From NCBI GenBank assembly GCA_045636385.1, contig JAZTXK010000048.1, positions 1,954 to 65,953 of the forward strand: a DNA stretch of 64,000 nucleotides, written 5' to 3'. The notes beneath the pieces are model-generated. The model was not told the DNA's origin. It searched no databases and saw only the letters and a list, made by a program, of their open reading frames with translations. This DNA is from Eubacteriales bacterium (lineage in GTDB: Bacteria > Bacillota > Clostridia > Oscillospirales > CAG-272). The position numbers and the translations under genes were made by a program. Numbering within the stretch: the first letter of the stretch is position 1; the number at the start of each line of letters is the position of its first letter. Below are positions 52,434 through 62,346 of this stretch, in pieces.

Positions 52434-54710
52434 TTAATTTCCCGTATCCACTCTGATAAAGTCGATCTGATTGGTAACGAGGAAGGATCCGCTGGAGTTG
52501 CTGTTGCCGAGGTAGCTGAAGGCGAAATCGGCGATGAAGGGGTATGCGCTGAGGTCGGTTGCGCTGCCGCCGTTGAAGTCGCCGGTGACGAGGTTGATAT
52601 TTTCAACCGTCAGCACACCGTCGCGGTAAACGCTTACAACGCTCTTGCCTGTTATCGCGTCATAGGTATTGACGAGCTTGATAACGGTGCCGGACGAGAG
52701 GCGGGAGCCTTCATCGGAATAATTATAGTAGCCCGCATTGGCAGCGAAGCCCTTGATATCGTAATCCGAAACCGTCAGCTTGCCGCCGCGGTAGGAGAGT
52801 GCCTTATTGCCCTTGATATTCGTCGCTTCGGTAGCGAGAATGAAGCCGTTCGCACCGGTTATGTCGCCAAAGCCAATCTCGATAGACCAGTTCTTATCGT
52901 GACGGAGATCGATCGCCTTAACGATCTCGAGCTGTGCCTTAGTGAGGCAAAGGATGCCGTTTTCAAACTTATAAGAACCGAAAAGTGCCTTTTCGAGCAT
53001 AGCGTTTACAACTCTGTCGTCCTTATCGCGCGCGAGGAGGTCGCCGTCGAATTCCCAAGAGTACTGCGCGGGAAGATCGGCGGGAAGATCGATGCTGTTA
53101 TCGAAGATCTTGTAGGTTACAGTTCCCTTTTCGCCCGACTTTGCGGTGAAGGTAACGGTGATCTGAACGTCGGAGAGATTCTTCAGCTTCTTGATATTGA
53201 CGCAACCGAAGTTCGCGCCCGTGGAGTTTATCACCTCAGCGGTAACGTCCTTGCCCGCGCTCGTGATCTTGATCTCAACCGTGCCCGCTGTCGAGCCGTC
53301 GGTCATACGGAACGCGAGATCGTCAGCCATTTCGGTGATATCGACCTCAACGGTTGCGCCCGCCTTCGAGATCTTGCGATCCTCGGGTCTGCCCGAAGCA
53401 TTTGTCATAAGGAAGGAGAACTCCGAGCCGTGGAGCGCGCGGTACATATTGTAAGCCGCGTCGGAGGCGATGAGGGTGTAGCCGAATTTGCCGTAGTGGT
53501 TATTGTTATTCGAGCCGAAGAGGGTGCTCATAGGCATAGTCAGCGCGCCGTTTTTGAAGGTTGCGGTGTTGCCGTGAGTATCCTTATAGCTGTCGATGGA
53601 GGAATACTCCGCCATCATTCTGATGTAATTCTTGATGTCGACGGTCTTCTTAGCAGTCGGTGCGCCGGTGAAATACTCGGTAAGCGTTGTTGCCATAAAG
53701 ACGTCGGGGTTCTTGTTGACAACGTCGAACTGCGCCGCGACGGTGGTGGAATAGAAAATATCGTTATTGAGCGTATTCTTATCGCCGCCCTGACGGACAC
53801 GCATTATTGCCATATATTCAATTCCCGCGTCCTTCTTGAGTCGGTTGAAGATCGCGGTAAGACGAGCGGAGTAATCAACGGGATCGATTCCGCGAACGCC
53901 GTCGCCCTCGCCCTGAAGCCAGTAAACGCCGCGGCTGACGATCTCGACCTTATCGGCGATGCCCTCATAGTATGCTACGCATTTATTAACCATCTCGACG
54001 GTATAATCGGTACCCGAGGTGTCGGTAGCGCTTACAGCCCAGCCGGAAATGGACGAGCCGTTCTTACTCGTTCCCTGTCCTGCGGAGGATCCGCCCTCGT
54101 GCCAGACGAGAACGTTCTTCACGGGATCGCCCGCCGCTACGCTCTGCGCGTAGAGCTCGGCAAGCAGAGTGCTGTGGAAGCCCTTGGTCGCCATTGTGAA
54201 ATCGGACGGAGACTTCGCAGCCGTGCCTCTGCCCGCGCCCCACCAATATGCCGTGCCGAGGGGGCAGGTGATATCCGAGGTAGCGTTATCGAAATGGTTG
54301 CCGGAGTTGCTCTGTCCCATAATAACGATGAGATTGAGCTTCGCCTTACCGACGGTGACCTCAACGGTCTTGGTGCCGTCGCTGATCTTTACCGTGCCGA
54401 TATCCTTGGCGTGGAAATAAGCCGCACCCTTGACGGTCTTCAGCTCGACGGCATCGCCTTCAACGGTAACGCCCTCGGCATCGGGAAGAATGCCCGCGAT
54501 CTCGGTGAGGTAATCGTCGTAAGAAATAGTCAGCGGATCGAGAGTCTCTATCTGAGGCTCGGTCTCGATGGGCTGAGTCTCAATGGGGGCGGTAGTTTCG
54601 GGTACCGAAGCCTCGGTAGTTTCCTCGGGAACTTCCGCGGGGGAGCAAGCGCAAAGAAGCGCAAGCGTGAGCGCGATGATGATAACGAACAGATTCTTTT
54701 TCATTTTCAT
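52434..54710 (-). CDS. secreted lipoprotein with SASA/SGNH-type esterase domain and lectin-like C-terminal region
   Basis: Lipobox LCAC. LIVIMGQSNSGNHF (GQSN esterase motif). About 300 aa of beta-rich C-terminal sequence. Confidence 0.5.
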   Translation of the reverse strand: MKMKKNLFVIIIALTLALLCACSPAEVPEETTEASVPETTAPIETQPIETEPQIETLDPLTISYDDYLTEIAGILPDAEGVTVEGDAVELKTVKGAAYFHAKDIGTVKISDGTKTVEVTVGKAKLNLIVIMGQSNSGNHFDNATSDITCPLGTAYWWGAGRGTAAKSPSDFTMATKGFHSTLLAELYAQSVAAGDPVKNVLVWHEGGSSAGQGTSKNGSSISGWAVSATDTSGTDYTVEMVNKCVAYYEGIADKVEIVSRGVYWLQGEGDGVRGIDPVDYSARLTAIFNRLKKDAGIEYMAIMRVRQGGDKNTLNNDIFYSTTVAAQFDVVNKNPDVFMATTLTEYFTGAPTAKKTVDIKNYIRMMAEYSSIDSYKDTHGNTATFKNGALTMPMSTLFGSNNNNHYGKFGYTLIASDAAYNMYRALHGSEFSFLMTNASGRPEDRKISKAGATVEVDITEMADDLAFRMTDGSTAGTVEIKITSAGKDVTAEVINSTGANFGCVNIKKLKNLSDVQITVTFTAKSGEKGTVTYKIFDNSIDLPADLPAQYSWEFDGDLLARDKDDRVVNAMLEKALFGSYKFENGILCLTKAQLEIVKAIDLRHDKNWSIEIGFGDITGANGFILATEATNIKGNKALSYRGGKLTVSDYDIKGFAANAGYYNYSDEGSRLSSGTVIKLVNTYDAITGKSVVSVYRDGVLTVENINLVTGDFNGGSATDLSAYPFIADFAFSYLGNSNSSGSFLVTNQIDFIRVDTGN

Positions 54711-56320
54711 TCTCCTTTCGGCTCGGAGCAGATATAATAGCTGTCTCCGAAGTGAAGTTCATTTTTATAAAGATAGAAAACTTCGTTTTCCACTTTAAGT
54801 TCTTCGCAAATTGCCCGCTCGGTGTGGCCGTCGCGGAAGTGAAGGATGCATTCGGGCGCGTTTTCGGTCGGCTCGACGGCGATAGGATAACCGAGGAAGT
54901 ACTCGCCGTGGTCGGTCGTCCACGCATCGAAGCCCGAGAGATAGGTATTGTCATTCGAGGGGCCGTTTATCTCCCACTTGCTCGGCGAGAGTGTCCACGA
55001 GCGCGACCAGACGAATACGTGGAGCATGCGGAATTTCGCGTATTCGTTGAAAAGGCGGTTGATGTTGACGTCCTCGGGATTGTAGCCCGCGGCACAGCCC
55101 GTAGTCAACTGCGCAACGCGGTAAATTCTGTCCTCCGCCTCCTCGCGATTCTCGGGCGCAGCGGGAATATTCTTTCCGCCCTCGCACCAACCCAGGGGAA
55201 GGTATGGGATACGCTTATGAACGTATCGGAGTCCCGGCTCGAGCGAGCCGCCCATAATACCTATGCAGTTTTCCTGCGAAAGCCCGTCGCACAGAAGCTC
55301 GTCGGTCATCGCGGTCAGCAGCTCGACCTTGTGGTACTTCGCCGACGGCTTGATCTCGATCAGCACGGGCGTGTCGGGATACTGCTTCATTTCGTGCATA
55401 AGATCGTCGAAACGGTCGATAGTTTCGTTCGGATGCTCGATTCGGCGGAGCGAGGAAAGGAATTCGTAGCTGCTTTCCTCGGTCACGGCAACCTCGCAAT
55501 CGAAAAGTCCCTTGGTGTTGGTGTTGTGCATAACCACCGCGATGTCATCCGAGGTCAGCTTGACGTCGATCTCGGCACCGTCAAAGTGATTCTTCGCCGC
55601 GGCAACGACCGAGGTGATCGTATTTTCGGAAAATTCGCCGTTGTTGGCAAATCCCTTGTGCGCCAAGAGGTTGCGGCGGCGGAAATTCGTTCCCTCGGGG
55701 AAGGACGAAAGGAACGAGTACGCGCCCGCGAGATCGGCGGTGATAATACCGTTTACGCCGCGAGTGGCAAGCTTACCGAAGCCGCCCTCTGAAATAACGT
55801 GTATAAATCTCTGCTGGAGAGAATGAACGGTATCGGCGGTTGCGATTTCGGAATCAAGAATGACCGAGGTTGCGCCGCTTGCGACCGCAATTCCGGGCAA
55901 TTTCTCGATTTCGGGCTTCATTCCTCTGCAATCGAGCATTCCGCGGAGCATCGGCATCGCGGCGTATGCCTTTGCGAGCACATCTTTCTTTTCCAAAGAT
56001 GCGCAAAGGATCGCATCGCCGACGTGATTGAGATCGCAAAACTCCGCAAGAGGCGCGACGGTCGCTTCGTCGTCGATATAAAGAATCGGAACGGAGCGCG
56101 AACAGAGCGCGAGAGCATCGTAAATCGGCACGCCCTCGACGGTCAGATCGGGCGAAATATGTAAAATCACGTTCTGCGGGGGTGTCTCGCAAGTAAGCAG
56201 AGCGAGGTCTGCCGCATTTTTGACCTCAAGAACTACCGTCGGCGCGGCAACGACGGGGCAGACGGGCATATATATATCCTTCGAGAAGGACGCGCGAATG
56301 CTTTGATAGAGTGGTTTCAT
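54707..56320 (-). CDS. glycerophosphodiester phosphodiesterase domain protein
   Basis: AHKGF...ENT...AEIDVKLTSDDIAVVMHN GDPD motifs in the central region. 4-nt overlap with the downstream gene. Confidence 0.65.
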   Translation of the reverse strand: MKPLYQSIRASFSKDIYMPVCPVVAAPTVVLEVKNAADLALLTCETPPQNVILHISPDLTVEGVPIYDALALCSRSVPILYIDDEATVAPLAEFCDLNHVGDAILCASLEKKDVLAKAYAAMPMLRGMLDCRGMKPEIEKLPGIAVASGATSVILDSEIATADTVHSLQQRFIHVISEGGFGKLATRGVNGIITADLAGAYSFLSSFPEGTNFRRRNLLAHKGFANNGEFSENTITSVVAAAKNHFDGAEIDVKLTSDDIAVVMHNTNTKGLFDCEVAVTEESSYEFLSSLRRIEHPNETIDRFDDLMHEMKQYPDTPVLIEIKPSAKYHKVELLTAMTDELLCDGLSQENCIGIMGGSLEPGLRYVHKRIPYLPLGWCEGGKNIPAAPENREEAEDRIYRVAQLTTGCAAGYNPEDVNINRLFNEYAKFRMLHVFVWSRSWTLSPSKWEINGPSNDNTYLSGFDAWTTDHGEYFLGYPIAVEPTENAPECILHFRDGHTERAICEELKVENEVFYLYKNELHFGDSYYICSEPKGE

Positions 56321-56322
56321 TT

Positions 56323-57087
56323 TTATTCCTCCGAAACGAAGTTTGCAAGTCCGATTGCGATTTCAAAATGCCCCGAATCGTGCTGGGTGTGCTTAATCTG
56401 TCCTTCTTTCGCTCGCATCGTCCACTTCGGGGAGTCGAGAAGGTCGCCGCTTGTGAAGAAGACGAATAGCTTTAGTCCGCGGAAGGCGCAGACCGCCTGC
56501 ACTCCCGCGCATTCCATTTCGACGGAGATACATCCGTCTGCCTTGCGCTTGGCGAAAGTTGCCTCGGTCTCGCGGAAGATGGCATCGGTCGTCCAGGTTT
56601 TACCCTTGACGTACGCAATCTCGTTCTCCTTCATAAATGCCTCGACCGCATCGTGACAGGGAATGTCGATATAGTCGGACGCGGGTGCGTAGTGGTAGGA
56701 CGTTCCCTCGTCGCGGTACGCCGCCGTCGGGATCATAACCTTGCCGCGCGCGATCTCGCGGTCAAGACATCCGCATCCGCCGAAAAGAATATATTTATCG
56801 GTCGAAAAGATCGCGCGAGTGTCCTCAACCGACGCCGCCGCGGCGGGCGCACCGACGAAGGACTTGAAAAAGGCGAACTTTTTGTTCTTATATTTAATAA
56901 GGTAGACGGGCGTGTTTCCCGTGACCGACTTCGACTCGCCGATCTGCTCGCAATCGTAGGTCTCGGTCACGAACTTTTCGATGATATATGAAAAAGTGAT
57001 GATGCAGGCGTCAACCTTCAGGGCATCAGGGTTTATAAAGGGATTCAGCTTTGCCGTGGGGTTCGGATCAAACGTCGTTGTTATCAT
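56323..57087 (-). CDS. nucleoside phosphorylase (PNP/UDP family 1)
   Basis: FGGCGCLD and ISVEMECAG motifs. 254 aa. Confidence 0.7.
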   Translation of the reverse strand: MITTTFDPNPTAKLNPFINPDALKVDACIITFSYIIEKFVTETYDCEQIGESKSVTGNTPVYLIKYKNKKFAFFKSFVGAPAAAASVEDTRAIFSTDKYILFGGCGCLDREIARGKVMIPTAAYRDEGTSYHYAPASDYIDIPCHDAVEAFMKENEIAYVKGKTWTTDAIFRETEATFAKRKADGCISVEMECAGVQAVCAFRGLKLFVFFTSGDLLDSPKWTMRAKEGQIKHTQHDSGHFEIAIGLANFVSEE

Positions 57088-57146
57088 AATATTCCCTCAC
57101 TTTCATTTTCTTTAATGATACCACAAAAAAGCTTCGTTGTCAATAC

Positions 57147-57214
57147 AAAAAGACCGCTTCTGCGGTCTTTTTTCTTCATAATAAAATCCTTCCTATATAT
57201 ATAGGAAGGATTTT
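57147..57214 (-). terminator. two tandem hairpins terminating the GH/phosphoesterase/NTase operon
   Basis: AGACCGC-TTCT-GCGGTCT with A/T flanks, and the perfect palindrome AAAATCCTTCCTATATATATAGGAAGGATTTT. Confidence 0.6.
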
Positions 57215-57359
57215 AAAACGTCCCGAGGTGGAACAAGCGGCGAAGTCGCACAGATATCGAGTATAACGTCAAAACGGCTCGTCTTTTGCAGTTTTTCCGC
57301 CAATTCTTCCTGAGTCAGACCGCGGATACGTCTGAGCTCGTTAAATTCCGTAATAAACC

Positions 57360-58007
57360 TTAAATATGATTTTTCACCCAAGCAAACAACAGCTCGGACG
57401 CTTTTTCAAAATCAACTTCTCCGCCGTTTTTCAGTTGAATAAACGTTTCAATGATCGCTCTTTCGCCCGATGAAGCGACGGCGTGGAGGTCATTCAAATT
57501 ACTAACATACTGCCCCGTCTCTCGGAAAACCACCGCCTGAACGACGAAGGACGCCGATTTGTAGAGTCCGCGCAGGATCTCCGTGCTCTTTTCGTGGAGC
57601 ATATTGTGGACGCATCCGTGATAGATATTGCACGCGCCGATCTTTACCGCGCGGGCGACGGCGGCATCGTCAATAAGGGGAAGCAGACCGTCAAGACTGC
57701 CGCGGATCGGCTTTGTGTCGCGGTAAAACTGGAAAAGATCGGACGGCTCCCAACCCCAAAGCTCGTTTTTGCCCGAAAGGAATCCGCAGATCAGCTCGCG
57801 GTGGGAAAGTCCGTCGAGCATTGCGCCGTATTTTCGAATATCCGCCGCCGAGAGCTCGTCGAGGATCACGACGACGTCGATATCGCTCGTCTCGGTCGCC
57901 TCGCCGCGGGCGTAGCTTCCCTGAAGACCGACGAAAAAAACGCGGTCGGCAAAAACGGTGTCAAGTGCGTTCAAGAAATCCTTCATCCAAGCCAAAATAT
58001 CGATCAT
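57360..58007 (-). CDS. nucleotidyltransferase-domain protein
   Basis: Pol-beta-type NTase motif GLQGSYARGEATETSDIDVVVILD with a helical C-terminal half. 4-nt overlap with the upstream gene. Confidence 0.7.
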   Translation of the reverse strand: MIDILAWMKDFLNALDTVFADRVFFVGLQGSYARGEATETSDIDVVVILDELSAADIRKYGAMLDGLSHRELICGFLSGKNELWGWEPSDLFQFYRDTKPIRGSLDGLLPLIDDAAVARAVKIGACNIYHGCVHNMLHEKSTEILRGLYKSASFVVQAVVFRETGQYVSNLNDLHAVASSGERAIIETFIQLKNGGEVDFEKASELLFAWVKNHI

Positions 58008-58747
58008 TTTGTTCCCTCCATGATGTCATCGATGACGAGCACGTTAACTCGTCCGCTTTTTACAGTATAGGTATCAACAGCGATCATACCGTTGCCGAAA
58101 AAGGGCGTGTCATCATCGTTTGCGCGCGACTCGTCATACCAATACCCGAGCCTTGCGGGACGGTGTCCGCAGACGATGATCTTGTCCCGAAGAAGCGCGC
58201 CCGCGCGGTAAAACTGCTGCCACTGCGACCAATGCGCCTTTTTCCAGACAGCTTCGTCCGCCTCGCGCCAAGCGGGATCGACCGCAGGGCGGTAACCGCC
58301 TTCAAAAATATGCGGGAGCCAACCGTGGGTGAAGATATACTTCCCTTCCTCATAATAATTGACCATCGAATCGATAAAATCTACGATCTCCGCGGTGTTT
58401 TCTGCGTATTTCGGGGAAATATTTTCATTTTTCTCTATCGCATCCGCACCAAGCAGATCAATAACGGTAATATCGGTACTGTTGGATTTAGCGTCATTGG
58501 TCAATTTTCCACCCGCCAGAACCTCGCGCAGCATATCCTCGTGGTTGCCGCGGAGCAGAATTTTCCGCTCGAGCGAGCGCACAAAATCGTAAACCTGCAC
58601 ATTCTCGCCACCGCGATCAAAAAGATCGCCACAGCTTATGAATATATGATCCTCATTCGTTCGGTCAAATCCCGCGTCGTAAAGCGCCTCCATGAGCGCC
58701 GCAAAATGACCGTGAACGTCGGATACTGCGAATAATTTTCTGCTCAT
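58004..58747 (-). CDS. calcineurin-like metallophosphoesterase
   Basis: From MSRKLFAVSDVHGH...CGDLFDRGGEN...LRGNHED...VCGH motifs. The listed longer ORF overlaps the upstream gene. Confidence 0.8.
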   Translation of the reverse strand: MSRKLFAVSDVHGHFAALMEALYDAGFDRTNEDHIFISCGDLFDRGGENVQVYDFVRSLERKILLRGNHEDMLREVLAGGKLTNDAKSNSTDITVIDLLGADAIEKNENISPKYAENTAEIVDFIDSMVNYYEEGKYIFTHGWLPHIFEGGYRPAVDPAWREADEAVWKKAHWSQWQQFYRAGALLRDKIIVCGHRPARLGYWYDESRANDDDTPFFGNGMIAVDTYTVKSGRVNVLVIDDIMEGTK

Positions 58748-58748
58748 T

Positions 58749-60101
58749 TTACAGCTTCTTGATCTTAATGAGATACGAGGAAAGATTGGGCATTTTGAAC
58801 GCGGGGGTGAATCTTTCGCCGTAATATGTTGCCTTGCCGACAAGTTCGAGATCGTGCGATTCGTCGAGCAGGTAATATTCGATCGCGCATCCGCACTCCG
58901 CGCCGAAGCCCGAAAGATCGACCTCGACCTCCTCGGGATACTTTCCGTCATCATCGGAGTAGTGAGTCAGCATTACCGCCGCCTCGCCGTCGCCCACCGC
59001 CGCGCAGGCGTAAACGTCGCCGTTATCTATCTCCGCACTTACCGCGCTATCGAGGCGGTAGAGCTGATTGAACATATAGAAGGGATAGTAACCCTTGAGC
59101 TTATCGCATATCCTGTCGGTCGAGAACATACCGTTCATTCCGCCCGGACGCGCGTCGTAATACATCAGCATATCGAGCGGCTCATACTGGCACGACTCGA
59201 TCACCGCCGCGATAAAGGACGCGCCCTTGATGCTTTTCTCGCTTTTGAGGGTATATATCCAATCGTCACCCTCCCAGCCGCGGACGTAATTCCACTCGTT
59301 TAGTATGCTTTCGGTCTCCGTGAAGCCGTATTTGTCAAGCAACTCGCGCGCCAGGCGCACCTTGGCGACGAAGGTGTGCACGTTTTTGTCGTATCTGTGC
59401 CAGGAAAAGAAATCCGGAACGATATCGTTTTCCTTCAGTGCGCGGAAGAATCCGTCGAGCCACACGGGTCTGAGTCCCGCAACCGCAGGACCACCGATCT
59501 TCAGGTGAGGGAAGCACGCCTTCAGATGCTTATGCGCGATGCAGTAAAGCTCGTAAAACTGCGCCGCCGTACCGCCCCAGCAACGCTTATGCGTCGAATC
59601 GTCGGGATCAAGATCGGGCTCATTCCAGATCTCCCAATACTTTATATCGTAATGAAATCCGTCCGCCCAGCCCTCGGTATAGTGACGGATAATGTGCTCG
59701 CAAATGACCGCCCATTTCTTAAAATCACGCGGCGGAAGTGTACCGTATTTTTTAACGCCGTGCTCTATCTTCGAGCCAAGGCGGTAAAACGTGCGAACGC
59801 CCGCAAATTCGCAGACCTTGACGTATTCGTCGGTCATAGCGAAATCGTAAGACTCGGGCAGATAGGGATCGGCATCGAAATTCGTGAAAATATTATGCAC
59901 GTCGACGGTATGCTCGCCGCCGTAGGTCGAGTAGAACGCGGCATCGTGATTGCGCGCAAAAGGAATTCCCGCGGCGCGGTAGTCGTCGATATTCGTGATT
60001 CGCTGATCGACCGCGAATTTATAAACGGGACCGTTGTTCACCGCGTGCATCGGCTTCACACAGCCGAGCTTTTTACCAAAATCAATATTTATCCTTGCCA
60101 T
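58749..60101 (-). CDS. clan GH-A glycoside hydrolase (GH39-like)
   Basis: YWEIWNEPD acid/base motif in a TIM-barrel-like context. 450 aa. Confidence 0.55.
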   Translation of the reverse strand: MARINIDFGKKLGCVKPMHAVNNGPVYKFAVDQRITNIDDYRAAGIPFARNHDAAFYSTYGGEHTVDVHNIFTNFDADPYLPESYDFAMTDEYVKVCEFAGVRTFYRLGSKIEHGVKKYGTLPPRDFKKWAVICEHIIRHYTEGWADGFHYDIKYWEIWNEPDLDPDDSTHKRCWGGTAAQFYELYCIAHKHLKACFPHLKIGGPAVAGLRPVWLDGFFRALKENDIVPDFFSWHRYDKNVHTFVAKVRLARELLDKYGFTETESILNEWNYVRGWEGDDWIYTLKSEKSIKGASFIAAVIESCQYEPLDMLMYYDARPGGMNGMFSTDRICDKLKGYYPFYMFNQLYRLDSAVSAEIDNGDVYACAAVGDGEAAVMLTHYSDDDGKYPEEVEVDLSGFGAECGCAIEYYLLDESHDLELVGKATYYGERFTPAFKMPNLSSYLIKIKKL

Positions 60102-60205
60102 ATCCTACACCTCCGTAGATTTTAATTCATTATATCATTATTCACAGAGCTTGTCAAGAAATTTATAAGCAAAAAAGCAGGGCGAGCCTGCTTTTTGCCA
60201 AGTGT

Positions 60206-61063
60206 TTATGCGTTATTCTTATAATACTCAAATCTGCCGATGAGGTATTTTCCGACGACTGCCTGATATGCAAGTCCCTCGGCGTACAGATCGGTCGGAA
60301 GTCCTGCGAGGAATGCGGATGCCTCGTAGTTGAGGTCGCCCTTATAGTCGATGTCGGCAAGCGCCTTCATGACGCTTTCCCACTCGACATGGCCGTAGAA
60401 AGGCAGGGTGTGGCTGTCGCGGTCGCCGTTGTTATCGTGAACGTGGGTGCAACCGTGAACGAGGCGGGGACCGATCGCGCGGATAGCCTCTGCGGGGTCA
60501 ACGCCCTGAAGCAGGCAATGTCCGACGTCGAAGCAAACGGTAAAGACCGGATCGTTCAGAGTGTCGAAGAGCTTGTTGAGTCTTTCGGGGGTAGAGGTGA
60601 CCGAAATTCTGCCGATGTTCTCGATAGCAAGCTTGATGCCGCACTCGCGAGCAACGGGGATGAGCTTTTTATAGAAATTGAGGTTATACTCAAAAAGGAT
60701 CTCGGGGTTGCCCTCGACCGAGTAATCAAGATGAGTGCAGGGGTGAACGACGATCATCGGCGCGCCGAGGTAAGCAGCGTTCTTGATGCCCTGAACTATC
60801 TCGTCAAAGCGCTTTGCAGACTTTTCCTCGTCATCCTTGTAGCTCGAGGGGAAGGGCGCGTGCGCCTGACAGATTTCAACTCCGCGCGACTTTGCATACT
60901 CGCCGAGGGAGCGGTAAAACTCTGCATCGTGCTCGGTGGTGCAGTATTCTGCGACGTCGTTGTTGAAATCAATGCCCTCGAATCCCGCCTTTGCGAGAAC
61001 GTCAAACATATTTTCGATACCGTAAGTATCGTAAAGTCGGATCATATTTGCTGAAAGTAACAT
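60206..61063 (-). CDS. sugar phosphate isomerase/epimerase (xylose-isomerase-like TIM barrel)
   Basis: GFEGIDFN, VVHP, LAIEN and HVHDN motifs of the AP_endonuc_2 fold. Confidence 0.75.
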   Translation of the reverse strand: MLLSANMIRLYDTYGIENMFDVLAKAGFEGIDFNNDVAEYCTTEHDAEFYRSLGEYAKSRGVEICQAHAPFPSSYKDDEEKSAKRFDEIVQGIKNAAYLGAPMIVVHPCTHLDYSVEGNPEILFEYNLNFYKKLIPVARECGIKLAIENIGRISVTSTPERLNKLFDTLNDPVFTVCFDVGHCLLQGVDPAEAIRAIGPRLVHGCTHVHDNNGDRDSHTLPFYGHVEWESVMKALADIDYKGDLNYEASAFLAGLPTDLYAEGLAYQAVVGKYLIGRFEYYKNNA

Positions 61064-61135
61064 CGGATCATCTCCTTAGTATATTAATGTAATTTAATTA
61101 TATCACACTCGCCGCGAGGTGTCAAGATTTTTATT

Positions 61136-62251
61136 TCAAAATGCCATTCTTGCCCATCCCTCAGCAGAGATCGGCTCGAGCCCGAGCATTTCGCGCCCAA
61201 GATCGACGTAGTATCGGTATGTGTCAATATGCACTCCGTTCGGAATGCGGTGATCAAGTGCAAAAATCGTGCCGCCGCCCATAAGATTCGGCGCAAGACG
61301 GTATTCGAGCTCCGCCCGGACCGCATCGCGGCCTTTGACCAGAGCGTGCTTGTCAATTCCGCCCTTGAAGCAGAGCTTTGCCCCGTATTTCTTGCGAAGC
61401 TCAACGATATCGTTGCCGCCAACAGGCTCCATCGGATGAATGCAGTTGAGTCCGCAGTCGATGAGATCGCCGAGGATCGGCGACATATCGCCGTCGCTGT
61501 CCTGCGAGAAGAGCTTTGCGCCGTAAGCCCTCGCCGCTTCCCATACGCGCAGATAGTAGGGCTTGAAAAACTCCCTGATCTGCGTCGGTCCGAACAAGGG
61601 CCCCGACTTTCCCGCCATATCCTCGTGGACGATCAGGCAGTCGATCGGAACGATATCGCCGACTCGCTCGATAACACGGACGGCGGTGTCAGCGAAGGTT
61701 TCAAGCATATCGCGGAGCATTTCGGGTTCCTCGTAGCACGCGATGCAAAGCTCCGCCTCGCCCATGAGCTGACGCGGCTGGTCGAATGCGCCGAGCATAG
61801 ATATGACAGAAAGCGATCCGCGCTCCCATTCCTTTTTCTGTTCAAGCAGCCGCTCGCGGTTGATGCGCCGCTCGTCAAAAGCGTACCAATGCTTTACTCT
61901 CTCCCAATCCTCGGGAGTCGCAACGGGGTGGTCGAGCGGCAACGCAAGCGTTGCGCTGCTCTTTATCAGCTTCGTGTGGCGCCCCATATTGTCGATCGCA
62001 AGTGTGATCTCGGGCGTATCCTCAAGAATTTGCGCTTTCATTCCTGTTCGCGCACCAACGTGACCCGCAAGATGCGCGACGGGAACGTAATCCCAATCAA
62101 AAGCCTTCATCGAGATCTCGGATACGGTCGCGCCCTGCGCTTCCCATTCGCGTTCAAGGACGTGAAGCGGGCCGAAAAGCTCGCAGAACATTTCCCGTCC
62201 GGTATCTTCAAAAAGCGAATGCGCAATATATCTTTCACGGTTCCAGATCAT
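61136..62251 (-). CDS. uroporphyrinogen-decarboxylase-family protein
   Basis: C-terminal DSDGDMSPILGDLIDCGLNCIHPMEPVGGNDIVELRKKYGAKLCFKGGID is typical of URO-D/MtaA-like proteins. Confidence 0.65.
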   Translation of the reverse strand: MIWNRERYIAHSLFEDTGREMFCELFGPLHVLEREWEAQGATVSEISMKAFDWDYVPVAHLAGHVGARTGMKAQILEDTPEITLAIDNMGRHTKLIKSSATLALPLDHPVATPEDWERVKHWYAFDERRINRERLLEQKKEWERGSLSVISMLGAFDQPRQLMGEAELCIACYEEPEMLRDMLETFADTAVRVIERVGDIVPIDCLIVHEDMAGKSGPLFGPTQIREFFKPYYLRVWEAARAYGAKLFSQDSDGDMSPILGDLIDCGLNCIHPMEPVGGNDIVELRKKYGAKLCFKGGIDKHALVKGRDAVRAELEYRLAPNLMGGGTIFALDHRIPNGVHIDTYRYYVDLGREMLGLEPISAEGWARMAF

Positions 62252-62346
62252 CGGATCGCCTCCTTTTGATTCGATTAAAAGATTTTTCGCGGTGATAAAT
62301 TGCGAAAAGATCCCACACCCGCCCGAGCGAGGCGATGTAATGAATA

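Noticed and set aside
52899-54737. 612-aa ORF on the plus strand
   Set aside because: It is antisense to the 758-aa lipoprotein/esterase gene, which has a lipobox, an RBS and a GQSN motif. The composition looks antisense-like and there are no motifs.
57193-57381. 62-aa ORF containing half an XRE-type HTH (RIRGLTQEELAEKL), which might have been an antitoxin-like partner of the NTase gene
   Set aside because: It starts at a TTG inside the NTase gene's 3' end and has only the first part of an HTH. Its C-terminus is read through the terminator palindrome at 57183-57214. At best it is a decayed remnant.
58748-58954. N-terminal extension of the metallophosphoesterase ORF (listed as 58004-58954)
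   Set aside because: It overlaps the GH39-like gene's 3' end. ATG 58747 yields the canonical MSRKLFAVSDVHGH start.
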